Below are positions 1 to 11,654 of a stretch of DNA of 64,000 nt, piece after piece. The notes below the pieces were generated by a model. That model searched no databases. It was not told the origin of the DNA and worked only from the letters and a program-made list of their open reading frames with translations. How positions within the stretch are numbered: position 1 is the stretch's first letter; every line of letters begins with the position of its first letter. The translations under genes were made by a program, and so were the position numbers. This stretch comes from Marsupella aquatica (taxonomy: Eukaryota; Plantae; Marchantiophyta): contig OZ316893.1 in assembly GCA_973895155.1 (NCBI GenBank), positions 17,428,770 through 17,492,769 of the forward strand, written 5' to 3'.

Positions 1-2005
1 AATACAAGATATTCCTATCTCTCAATTGGCTCCGTACGTAACAATGAGCTTGAGTTCTTCCTATCCAAGCAAACACCACTTGGGGATATATTGTGTAGCA
101 CGGCTAACCTAACCAAGGCTGCAACTAAGGTAAATCCTAACTACATTAACAGTAGTAAGTCTAGGCTTAAGAATAAATGCCTAACTTACCCTCTCAAACT
201 GCCTAAAACTATGCACAATGAGTCACAACAAGGCAAGGAGAGACAGGCCCAGGGATACACTGCAGGTCATGGAGGGAGTGTTGAGCCATACTAGGAGGGG
301 TGTTTTTGGCAGATCTAATGGTTCAAGACAACCAGTAGTTCAGCAAGCCGCTAGGATTGCTTTCTGCATAGATGGCAATTTGTAAAAACATGACGTAGGA
401 GAATGGGAACAATTGCATAATTATTATAGTGTTGTATGTTTGTACATGTAATTAAAACTAATCTACACACTAATTTTACCTTTGGCATGACATGAATGCA
501 CGACATTACCTTTTATTTACAAAACTTGATCTTGTAAATGATGTAAGATGTAATGGTGAGAAATAGATGCCCAGTATTTAGCAAGCAAACATGCAATTGC
601 ACACTAGTTATTGTTGTGCATAAATTTTTGTTTGTGCAAGGAATTTTTTATTGTCCCCTCACACTCTACAATGACCCTGCCCTAGTAGGGTCATGTGAAT
701 AAAAAGAGGGGGTCATGTGAATAGAACTTTGCTTGTGCAATGAATGTTTTTATTGTTTCCGGCTCTCTAACCCTACAATGACCCCAGTGCAGCCCTACCC
801 ACACCAGTCTTTGCACAAGTGCTCACTTACAAAATAGATGTGGATGTTTCAATTAAATAGATCTAGCGTTCATATTTTATTTATTTAGCGGATGACGGGT
901 ATGACAGAATTTTAAGATTTACTACTTAAGGACTCTTCACGACTTCTAAAATTATATACCGTAGTAGCCCTGACTACCCATGAACGCGAATGGAGCGGAG
1001 GACAATAAAAATATCACCAAAATATATACCTTACTCATATTATTTGAATGAAAAGAGAAAACCATCATACATGTCATCATTTTAATAATCATTCATAACA
1101 TATTGTATATACTTTTTTCTATGCACATCTCTCTTTCTATACAAATATGTTATGGCGTGGACATAAAACTCATTTTTTAATGTAAATAAAAATCATGATA
1201 AAAGATATGTATGATTATCATTTGACATACATCATAGACATGAGTTTTCCATCTACACAATGAATCATGGAATTACCACAAGCCTTCACTCTAGAAGTTC
1301 ACTCTCGAAAGCTAGGCCACACTTTGGAAACCTAGGCACCTAGGCCACCACTCCGCTTTATACGCAAGATTATATTGAAGCCTAGCCCACCACTGCGCTT
1401 TATAAGCAAGATTATATTGCCACACTGAAAATGGTCGACCTAGTAATAACAGAGAGGGTTCAGATAGGACGGAGGGCCCTTTGTTCCAGTCGATGATTCA
1501 GTCTGCCTCGTCTTTTCTGTTCCCCAAGTTGCACTGTTGTTACAGGTGACCTGGCACCGGTGCCTGTCGTCCATTGTTCTCCACTCAGCTTTGAATGCTG
1601 GTCGGTGTCGGTGATTCTCCTCCTAGAAAGATAGGTCGGTACTGACTTGTTGGCGAGCAAACGGTGCAGTTCAGTACGGTATCGACCAACTGATCGGATA
1701 CGGATTGGGAGTGCCAATTCGCGTTCCTGCCCTGTTTTGCGAGTCAGCAATTCTAGACTGTTCTGCCGCTGGACAAGTTCATTGCCGCCTGTGCTGCTTG
1801 AAGGTGCGTTTTCCCGTCTAGCCAACTTCCGTGGGCTGATGACTGACTGACTGACTGAACATCTCACGGCTTGGAAAAGTGCGTCAGTATCTGCGTTGAA
1901 ATCGGCTGAGTTCGGGTGTCGTGGGAGAGAAGGGAGATTAGCTTGAAGATCGGTTTGTATTTCTCAGACCCTTATCTTGATCAGTTGCACGGACTCATGT
2001 GTTTT

Positions 2006-2171
2006 TCCTTCGTGAGTAGGCTTGTCCTCATGTTGATCGTATACGGCCATTGCAAAATAAGTTCTGGGTGAAAAGTTATTGATCTGGTCCTTCGTGAGTA
2101 GGCTTGTCCTCATGTTGATCGTATACGGCCATTGCAAAATAAGTTCTGGGTGAAAAGTTATTGATCTGGTC
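2006..2171. repeat. Perfect tandem duplication, 82-bp period x2, upstream of the PLD start codon (probably in a 5'UTR intron)
   Basis: ccttcgtgagtagg...ttattgatctggt occurs at 2007 and again at 2089. Confidence 0.9.
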
Positions 2172-2321
2172 ATTTGCTTCCTATTCTGCCTTGCGCGGGC
2201 AGTGTTTCCTTGGCGACGGCATGACATCGTCGATCTAGAGGGGTGGGGCCCCGTAAGGGTGTTAGCTATTCGATTCGATGACTGTTGTGTGATATGCGCA
2301 GAGGCTTTGCCGTGATTGGAA

Positions 2322-2429
2322 ATGGCGAACTATCTGCTGCATGGAACGGTTCACGTGACGATCTACGAGGCGGAGGGGCTGGTCGATGAGGACCGGAAGA
2401 CCGGTCGTGCCCCTGCTTTTTTCCGTACG
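2322..2429 (+). CDS. PLDalpha: PLD alpha coding exon 1
   Basis: ATG at 2322; [20 protein letters not shown]...APAFFRT followed by GTGAGT donor. Confidence 0.92.
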
Positions 2430-5400
2430 GTGAGTTTCTCTAGTTATTTAAGTATGGTAAACTATGTTACATGTGCGTCCTGGTCACAGATGCTGCACCA
2501 TGGAGACTTTCAACGACGAATTCCATGTGCTCCCTTCTCGAAGTTATTCCATGGTGCTCCTTTCTCGAAGTTATTCCTTGTGTTTCTGACGTCTTCTCAT
2601 TCATGGATCTCGTAATACTCCTGTGTCATGGACCGGAAAGTATGACTGTGCGCGGAGCTTCTCTGCACGAGCTCCTACATAGGTGGTCGAGTGACTTCCA
2701 GTTATTTAGTTTCGGATGCACAAGATGATTCCTCTGTTGATGCTGCAGTACTGAGCGATTACTTAACAGCTATCTGAATGAGAAACGTCGAAGGGCCTTT
2801 AGCTTGGGCCTTTAGCTTCGTGTGGGCATTGCAGGTGTTGATTTTACTTTGTTGAGCTGCTCGACTTGTTCAGAAGTATCACTAGAAGTCAACGGTCCAA
2901 TCGTCTGGACGCGCTCCATTTCGGTCTTCATCATTCCCAACAATGCTCTGGGCATCACAGAATTTGGTTCTTGGGCGCTATACTAGCACCTTGGCATTTG
3001 GACATCTGTTAATTACTCAGGCATCCTTCTGCTTTTTCTCACTACGCTTCATGAAACCATAGCCGGCAAGTCAATGCCACTCACCAGACTTTGGTGGTGG
3101 TTTGTTGGAATCCCTGGTCTCTGAATAACAGTAGTCGAGGCCGGCAGATAGCAGATCCTTGTTGTTGGATATTGTAGATGGACTCTTAGAGCGGCATTAC
3201 TGTTTTTTCGGGGAACTTCATATTGTCGTAGCTTCCGCGAAGGCGGGACCTGGGCCTAGAATGTGGTATCGTCGGTTTGTACCGACGCATCAGGTATTGT
3301 TCTCAGCGGAGTGTTTATGTAGATTACTTCGACTTTTACATCCTGCGGCCCAATCGAGTCCGAGTAAGTGTAGATCCCGATCCCGTCGTCACCATAGATC
3401 ACACCATGGTGAATGGTGCGGAAAGCACTGGTATGAAAGAAATTGACCATTTGAGAGAGCATTGAAATAGGATATTGAACGCCCAGATTTTACCAATTTC
3501 GGCTCGTTTTGATTCAAAGAGGAAGAAACACTCACCTTCGTACCCGGTTCGGGATTGGTGGGATTTTGATGTGATTTCCATATTGTCATGAAGTCATGTC
3601 TAGTATGGCACTTACACATTGAAGAAAAGAGAGGAACTGACTAACGACAAGTGTTCTCGCCGCAGTTGGTTGAAAACTTTGAAGACACTGTCGGAGTCGG
3701 ACGGGGTAAGAGTCGATTGTATGCGACGGTGGATCTCGGGCCGTCTCGAGTGGGTAGAACTCGCATTATCGAGAATGAACCCGCACACGCTGTGTGGAAC
3801 GAGTCGTTCCGCATCTACGCAGCCCATACCGTATCGGACGTAGTCATCACAGTCAAGGCCGACAATACAATTGGAGCCACGCTTATTGGGAGAGCCAAAG
3901 TTCCAGTGACTATGCTTCTCAGCGGGGAGGTTATCGACGACTGGTACGGACTTCTCAAAGATACCGGAGAGCTGGTTAAAGGAGGGGAGGCTAGAGTGCG
4001 CTTTAAAATGCAATTTTTTGCTGCTCGCAGCGATCCGCATTGGGGATGCGGGATCTCTAGCCCTGAGTACGACGGTGTTCCCTACACCTTCTATCCTCAG
4101 AGAACTGGATGTCATGTTACTCTATACCAAGATTCTCACATGCCAGACAATTTCTTGCCTCCAATTTACCTGGATGGAGGTTTGAAGAAGCAACCTACGC
4201 GTTGCTGGGAAGACATTTACAACGCTCTCATGGGCGCTGAGCATCTAATCTACATTACAGGTTGGTCAGTGTACACTGAGATTACTCTGGTTCGGGACCC
4301 GGAGAGGATGATTGAGGGTGCGGAAGGTGTGACCTTGGGCCAATTACTGAAGAAAAAGGCAGATGAAGGAGTACGAGTGAACCTTCTAGTTTGGGATGAT
4401 AGAACTTCCATCGGGTTTCTGAACCGAGATGGATTAATGGCTACTCACGACCAAGAAACACTGAACTATTTCGATGACTCGAAGGTGAATTGTATTCTCT
4501 GCCCTCGCGATCCCGATGATTCCCTGAGCATTATTCAAGGCTTTGAGATAGGAGCCATGTTCACACACCATCAGAAGACAGTGATTGTGGATGCTCCTGT
4601 GCCTAGTGGTAGACGTGGCCAGCGCAGAATACTGTCGTTTGTGGGCGGTATTGATCTTTGTGACGGTCGATACGACACTCAATATCATTCTGTCTTTGCC
4701 ACCCTCAATGGTGTCAATCATGATGATTTTCATCAACCCAACTTCGCGGGGGCAGCAGTTACCTCTGGTGGTCCCCGTGAGCCATGGCATGACATTCATT
4801 CTAGAATCGAAGGCGAGGTGGCTTGGGATGTTCTTTACAACTTCGAGCAACGGTGGAGAAAGCAAGCTGGCAGCAGCAAGCAAGATCTCTTACTACCAAT
4901 CGTGGATCTCCAGGATATAGTTGAGCCAGAAGCTGTGACGACGTCGCAAGATCCAGAGACATGGAATGTCCAGGTTTTCCGGTCCATTGACGCTGGGGCT
5001 GCGAATTTTCCCGATGATCCTGACGCGGCAGCTAAAGCCGGACTGGTCAGTGGCAAGGACAACGTAATCGATCGGTCTATCCAGGATGCCTACATCAATG
5101 CCATCAGACGAGCAAAAGACTTCATTTACATCGAAAATCAGTACTTCCTTGGGAGTGCTTTCGGTTGGGATGACAAGAGAGACTCTGGAGCATCCCACCT
5201 TATCCCAATGGAATTGGCACTGAAAATTGTGAGCAAAATCGAGGCCGGTGAGCGTTTTGCTGTTTACATTGTGACACCGATGTGGCCAGAAGGTGTGCCA
5301 GAGAGTGGTTCCGTGCAAGCCATTTTGGACTGGATGAGTAGGACTTTGTCGATGATGTACAAAGTGGTATCTACGGCTCTGCATGCAGCAGGAAGTAATG

Positions 5401-6258
5401 CGAGTCCGAAAGATTACCTGAACTTCTACTGTTTGGGGAATCGCGAGGCCTATCACGACGGAGAATTTCAGCCAGTCAAGAAACCTCAAGAGGGTTCTAA
5501 TTACGATCTAGCACAGGAGAATCGGCGTTTCATGATCTATGTCCACGCCAAGATGATGATAGGTAAGTATCTCACTACGAAGCCACCTTTCTTTCCTCGA
5601 TACCCATCCAGTGTGTATGTTCCGACTGTGATACTTGTCCATATTGTAGGAGAGTCAGTTAGCTTGCGTTTATCTCAATGCTCACCAGACCGAGGATGTC
5701 TGATGGTAGTAAACGATGAATCAGGATAAAATCTAGTATAAGAAGACCAGGTTCAATTGATTTTCAAACATTTCGTGAATGCCACTTTACTGCTCAGTTT
5801 CCTGAAAATTGTCTCCTCACTGTGCAGTTGACGATGAATACATAATTGTGGGGTCTGCAAACATCAATGAGCGGTCCATGAATGGAGCCAGAGACTCTGA
5901 AATTGCGATGGGTGCATGGCAACCGCACCACATTTACAAACGTGACAAGCCGCATGGCGAAATCCACGGGTTCCGTATGGCTCTTTGGTTTGAGCATCTT
6001 GGGAGACTCCACAATTCATTCCTGCATCCAGAGAGTATTGAGAGTGTTGAAACTATAAATGCTATCGCTGATGAGACGTGGACCCTTTTCACGCAAGATG
6101 AGCCTGTCGATTTGCCAGGGCACCTTCTACCCTTCCCCATTGCAGTCACGCATGATGGTGAAGTTCGATCATTACCAGGCATGCCAAACTTCCCTGATAC
6201 AAAGGCTCCCGTACTTGGAACTTTCCAAGACACTTTGCCTTCGATTTTGACAACCTGA
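2322..6258 (+). CDS. PLDalpha: Phospholipase D alpha (C2-PLD), 3 coding exons: 2322-2429, 3666-5562, 5828-6258; 811 aa
   Basis: N-term [17 protein letters not shown] (C2 domain); HKD1 HQKTVIVD; IYIENQYF; HKD2 HAKMMI/VDD split by intron 2; C-term LPSILTT*. Donors GTGAGT (2430) and GTAAGT (5563); acceptors cgcag (3665, with branch-point-like ctgactaac upstream) and tgcag (5827). Spliced length 2436 nt stays in frame. Confidence 0.96.
3666..5562 (+). CDS. PLDalpha: PLD alpha coding exon 2
   Basis: [10 protein letters not shown]...[13 protein letters not shown] within ORF 3651-5729; GTAAGT donor at 5563. Confidence 0.95.
5828..6258 (+). CDS. PLDalpha: PLD alpha coding exon 3
   Basis: (V)[28 protein letters not shown]...LPSILTT*. 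Confidence 0.95.
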
Positions 6259-7332
6259 GTGGGAAGCGTCCACTGTGATGTGGGTGGTAATCGTGAATTG
6301 AGGATAGCTGGAATGCATATGGATGTCAAGCTAAGCAATAGCGTCCTTCGAGGTCAGACATGAGATCGTTTTGGCAGGGGCAAAGCAGGTCAGACATGAG
6401 ATCGTTTTGGCAGGCAAAGCACTGGCTAGCCTCATTATCTTGGTATCAGGACTTTGCGCAAATGTTCTCAGTAGTGTGAGTTCTTGAAGAGGTTGTGGAG
6501 ACGTCTCATCGATCGTTCACTCATGAGTGCAACCAGGCTTGTTTAGGATCTGTTCAAGAGAAGTTTCCTGTAAAAATTCCACCTGGGATCTGTCGAGTTG
6601 AGAACGATGGTACGTCATGAACGTTTTGACTAACGAAGTATCCACGTGCCTTCAAGGCTTTCCATCGGGCTACTACAGGTTGCTAGATTAATTTCTTGGA
6701 ATAGAGCTGCCTCGAAAATTCCGAAAGGAATGTGTTCATAGTGCTGCGTCCTGCTAGCCATCGAGACTCGATGAGATCTCATGGTGGCACGCAAAATAGA
6801 TGGCGTGTGAATGAGATTTCCAATTCCATGTGTTAGGTTGACGAGATCTAGCAGACATCTGACTACTTACCAGATGGTGGTCAGTGATCTGCTGTTGAGG
6901 ATTCAGGCTTCGAAGGAGACTATCACTGTAGTTTCCGATTGGAGGATATTGTGCGGCCTCATAAAACCTTGTGAATTTTTTCCTTCTTTAACTTGTAAAC
7001 AATCATACTTTCCCCCGTTTTTCCGAGTTTTCGATTGTAGTCCGCGTAAAGTTTATGTGCGGCCTTTCGTCACAATGTAATTTTCTTTAAGGTTTGGCCG
7101 TCCCCGCCACACTAATTTCGTTTGAAAGTCCGAATTTCATTGTTGTCCGATTCGAGTTCGTTATGTAGCCTCGTACAACCTTGTAAATATTTTAATTAAA
7201 TTTTAATCAAGATCGTGAATACTCTGTAAAGGGTCACTATAGAGGATAACGGACAGCTTATTTCTAGCAGGTTTTAAATGTTTAAATAATTTCGTAAATG
7301 GTCCATACAGAAGGGGACTTGTTGCGAGGGGT

Positions 7333-7890
7333 TCATGCAAGATAGGCACGTTTGATAGCAGCAAATAGATACAATAGAAAGAGGCCACGTATGACGGCAG
7401 CAATAGATATAATAGAAAAAGTACACGTTCGATAGGAGCAAATATATACAATAGAATCACTATGTGGGTCCAGCTGGAGCGGTTCATGCAAGGTAGCCAC
7501 GTTTGATAGCAACAAAGTGATACACTAGAAACATTCATGCAAGGTAGCCACGCTTGGTGGCAGCAAATACATACAATAGAACCAGTATGTGGGTCCACAA
7601 CACAACCGAGCCACGTTTGATAGCAACAAAGTGATACACTAGAAACATTCATGCAAGGTAGCCACGTTTGGTGGCAACAAATACATACAATAGAACCAGT
7701 ATGTGGGTCCACAACACAACCAAGCCACGTTTGATAACACCAAATAGATATAATAGAACCAGTATGTGGGTTCAGCTCAGTGTTTCACTTAGTTCGAGCA
7801 ATGCATCGAGGGAGTCGCATTTGATTCCAGCAAATAGATACAAACGACATAGAAAGGTCACTTTTCGATGGCAGCAAATATATACCACAC
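7333..7890. repeat. Degenerate minisatellite; core cacgtttgatagcagcaaatagatacaatagaa with a ~114-bp higher-order period
   Basis: agccacgtttgatagcaacaaagtgatacactagaaacattcatgcaagg at 7495 and 7609; related cores recur from ~7345 to ~7885. Confidence 0.8.
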
Positions 7891-7948
7891 AACCAATATG
7901 TGTGACTGTCCAACTCAATACTTCGCCTTGATAACATTGCCAAAGTGT

Positions 7949-8535
7949 TGTCGTACGCATAAATATCGCTACATAACATATATTGTTTGTCACACATATT
8001 TAAGTATAGTCACAATCAACATCACAAACATAAGAAAATGGAGTACACATGGAACTCCTATCCACACATGTCCAAAACCCACAATCAATCTTCAAGAGCA
8101 ATCGAACAACGATTGATGCCAATCAAACACACAATCATGCCCGACGCAATCACACACTTATGTCAAGCCAAACACACCTTGCGCCTCAAGGAATCCACGT
8201 TACGTACACATAATCTAGACAACCACACCATAGCCGCTAGAGCTTTGCTCGAAAGGCTCAACATCAAAAGATGAGAATATATAACTATCCCTCACAAACA
8301 TACACTAACCCTAAAACACTTAGATAACACACATATGAAAGCCTCAAACCTACATAGTCCAATATCCTATACTACCACTCATACTGGTGTGATAGCTGTC
8401 GTGCGCGTAAACATCGCTACACAACATACATCGCTTGTCACACGTATCTAAGCATAGTCACAATCAACATCACAAACATAAGAGAATGGAGAACACATGG
8501 AACTCCTATCCACACATATCCAAAACCCACAGTCG
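7949..8535 (-). repeat. 3' LTR of copy A, with ~140-bp direct repeats at both ends (7949-8087 and 8397-8535)
   Basis: Starts TG at 7949; homologous to 46420-47019; adjoins the minus-strand PPT agctagggggg. Confidence 0.8.
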
Positions 8536-8709
8536 CCCCCCTAGCTGGGAGTGAGGTCCCCTAACTTTAGCTAGCCAGAAGTTCTAAAAGGTTGATATAC
8601 ACCTTTTTAAGTGTGGAGATCAAGAGGCCGGGTGCAAGTGAGCCCCATCGATCACCTTCCTGCAATCTATATCTTCCATGAGAACACAAATGGTAACTAG
8701 TCGGCTTCA

Positions 8710-8847
8710 CCGACATTGAGGACACAACCATGATCCACTAGGAATCACCTCTAATGGTGGCGTCAAACACAACATGTGTCATCCTCTAGAACAGCTATCA
8801 CAAATCAACATAGTGGCTGCTCCTTGAGCAGATCCACACAACATACA
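8710..8847 (-). pseudogene. PHD finger at the C-terminus of copy A pol
   Basis: CMLCGSAQGAATMLICDSCSRG*HMLCLTPPLEVIPSGSWLCPQCR = C4HC3 spacing, one in-frame stop at the Trp. Confidence 0.9.
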
Positions 8848-8849
8848 CT

Positions 8850-9340
8850 TCAAGCCGGCATGAACATGAGCCAAACTTGGATCTACAGTACCATCAATGT
8901 TTGAAAGATGACATGGTGCACAATTGCGCACATGATCCTTCCAAACCATACCATCACATCCTTCCACTTTAGGACACCAGAAGGCAACATTTTACACACA
9001 CGTAAGATTGTCCGACCTGCGGTCACATCAAGTGTCGTTGCTACTATTTGCTGCAAATAAACAAAATCACCAGGATGAAACTGTCAAATCCTTGCACGAT
9101 AACCTCCTCCATGAATAGTGGCATACCTAAAAGTATCACGATGTTGGGCAATGGCAAGGCTGTCAAAGGCCATGGGCATGATTCTTTCAAAAACTTGTGC
9201 CATTTCTGAACACACCTTGACCCTAACATCGGGATCATCCAAATCCACAATAATTGCCACATCACAACGAATAGTCACTGGCAAATCTGGCTCTCTACCA
9301 TAGAGCAAGAAATAAGGTGAGAAGGATGCAAGTGATGCTT
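8850..9340 (-). pseudogene. Integrase C-terminal remnant of copy A (zinc finger and most of the core deleted)
   Basis: SPYFLLYGREPDLP...AMAFDSLAIAQHRDTFRYA; joined to post-RNase H linker near 9340. Confidence 0.75.
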
Positions 9341-9553
9341 ATGGAGCAACCACGCAAATATTTCAACACCCTCTTGTCGTTATGAATATCTTGCTGTCCA
9401 AAAACTACCTCATCAACATCCATATCTGAAGACTCAACGTCTACCCCATCCAATGAAGTAGAGTCCACAGATCCACTATATGTTGGAACCCAACAAAAAA
9501 AAGGCAGATGCATGCCATCCTGGCACACTCTCCTTATCTGACTCATCATGCCA

Positions 9554-10960
9554 TCAAGCTCCAGTCTCATCCTCTTGACTGGTACATGGATCACGGCTCA
9601 ACCCATCCGCATCCAAGTTCACTTTACCAGGCCTATGTACAACTTGGAAATCATACTCTTGTAACAACAATGTCAATTGTGCAAGCTTCCCTGTAAGCTT
9701 GTTAGACTCTATTAACCACTTGAGGGGTTGGTGATCAGTGATCGAGGTGAACGGATTACCAAACAAATAGCAACGGAAATGTGCCATAGCCCACACTGCT
9801 GCCAAACACTCTCCCTCATACGAGCTATACTTAGCCTCTGCTGAATTGTTTGATCTACTGACATACGCCACAACAAACTCATTCCCCTCATCATCCTTTT
9901 GAGTCAACACTGCTACAAGTCCTACTCCACTCCAATCAGTGTGTAGCTGAAATGGTTGTCCCAAAACGGGTCTTCTCAAAATAGGTGTTGAAGCCAATCT
10001 TTCCTTTAACTCTTGGAAATCATGCTCTTGGTTGTCACCCAAAATCCACTCTTGGTCCAACTTAGTGAGTATTGTTAAAGGTTTAGCAAGTTGGCTAAAT
10101 CGTTTAACATACCGTTTATAATAGCTCGCCAATCCCAAGAATGCACAAACTCTACTCACATCAGTAGGACGAGGAATATGTGTAATGGCCTCCACCTTAG
10201 TCTCTTGCACACCCAATCCTCCTGGGTAGTAGTGTGGCCCAAATACTCAATTTTGTCTTGGAAGAACTTACATTTTCTAGGATGGAGTTTCAACCCATGT
10301 TCTCTCAATCTCTCCAACACAATTTGCAAGTGTCTCTGATGTTCTTCCATAGTCAAAGAATAGACCAAAATATCATCAATGTAACATCTCATAAAATCCA
10401 AACCTGCAAGAATTTGATCCATGACTCTTTGGAATTCAGCTTGTGCATTCTTCAACCCAAATGGTAAGAACAACCACTGATACAAACGGTCTTTGCCATA
10501 AGAATCAATTCCCCAAAATGTTGTCTTGGATCCATCAAAATGCCTAATTGGCAACTGATGGTAGCCCGCTGCAACTGATGGTACCCCGCTGCAACTGATG
10601 GTACCCCGCTTTGAGGTCCAATGAACTAAATATCTTTGCATGCCCCACAACATCAAAGATCTCCTCTGGTGTGGGCATGGCATATCAATCAGATTTTTTC
10701 TGATGATTAATAGGTTGATAATCACCACACATTTGCCTATCTGTGTAATTGCCATGCACATCCTTCTTGGCTAGCATCATTGTGGCAGATGCATACTCCC
10801 CCGTATGAGATCTCCATCAAACCAGCCTCCAACAAATCCCAAGTTCTACTCTGGATCAAAGCCCTCTCCATGTCACTATACCAATATGGTCGTCGAAAGA
10901 TTGGCGCATCACTAGCCAATTCAATCTGAATACCAGGGCCCTTCAATGTCCCCAAATCCT
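9554..10960 (-). pseudogene. Reverse transcriptase and RNase H of copy A
   Basis: AGYHQLPI, LPFGLKNA, CYIDDILVYS, FLGLASYY, FQLHTDWS, YSSYEGECLAAVWA, ITDHQPL, DADGLSR; frameshifted, with a 20-bp triplication near 10550-10610. Confidence 0.93.
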
Positions 10961-11057
10961 TCATACTAAATGCAAAAAAATTCCAATAACTCTTCAAGAA
11001 TTGATGCATGCAATGTCTCTCCCTCCCGGTCAACTTAGGACCAATCTGTGGTTCCCA

Positions 11058-11245
11058 ACTCTCCATCAAAGCTGTGACATCTTCCTTTGGAGTTGAAGAG
11101 GCCACAAGCCGTGGGCTGTGACTCTCCATCAAAGCAGCAGTGACATCTTCTTTTGGAATTAAAGAGGCCACAAGCCGTGGGCTGTGACTCTCCATCAAAG
11201 CTATGACATATTTTTTTGGAGTTGAAGAGGCCACAAGCGTGGGCT
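11058..11245. repeat. Three ~63-69-bp tandem units in the copy A DNMT-RT linker
   Basis: ctctccatcaaagc...gaagaggccacaagccgtgggctgtga x3; not seen in copy B. Confidence 0.8.
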
Positions 11246-11449
11246 ATGGATGGAAGAGACAATCGCTTGTTGCTATTTATCAATGGTTTGAGCAACTTCC
11301 TTTTGCTCAACAATTTGTTCTGCCTTGGCCAATCCTGCCATAGGTCCATCAATTTTTTGCTCGCCCCTAGCTGTGGCTGATACTGTCTGCTCACCAATGG
11401 ACGATCTATAACATTAGAAGTGTGCATTTGCAATTGTTCAGCTAATCCC

Positions 11450-11650
11450 AAGCTGATAATCCAAGTCAAGCAATTCAAATCCATGGCTTGACCAAGGACC
11501 TGACAACGTGAATGCTCCGACGTCAAGGGCACTGCCATGGTGCTAGTAAAAAATCCCATAGTTCGCTCTCTCTCATTAGCGGTAGGCTCTACTAGTTGTT
11601 GTAGAGTTGTATCTCACACAAGTCCAAGGCCACCTGCTCAAAATGCGTGA
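11450..11650 (-). pseudogene. DNMT3-like domain of copy A, C-terminal piece (motifs IX-X)
   Basis: EPTANERERTMGFFTSTMAVPLTSEHSRCQVLGQAMDLNCLTWI resembles DNMT3 EMERVFGFP...RQRLLGRSWSVPVI. Confidence 0.8.
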
Positions 11651-11654
11651 AGTA

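Noticed and set aside
570-1430. Short hairpin (gaccctgccctagtagggtc), AT-rich tract and small duplications upstream of PLD as MITEs or regulatory sites
   Set aside because: I could not establish TIR/TSD pairs or a second copy in the window.
3612-6338. Antisense and alternative-frame ORFs overlapping PLD
   Set aside because: Shadow ORFs of a long coding exon with no recognisable motifs.
7333-7890. CRISPR array
   Set aside because: The intervening segments are themselves repeated, the units are degenerate, there are no cas genes and the context is eukaryotic.
8779-8781. TGA at the same PHD codon in both copies as programmed readthrough or selenocysteine
   Set aside because: It replaces a Trp; TGG-to-TGA is a common deamination change and both copies carry many similar stops. 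Intact copies would be needed to revisit this.
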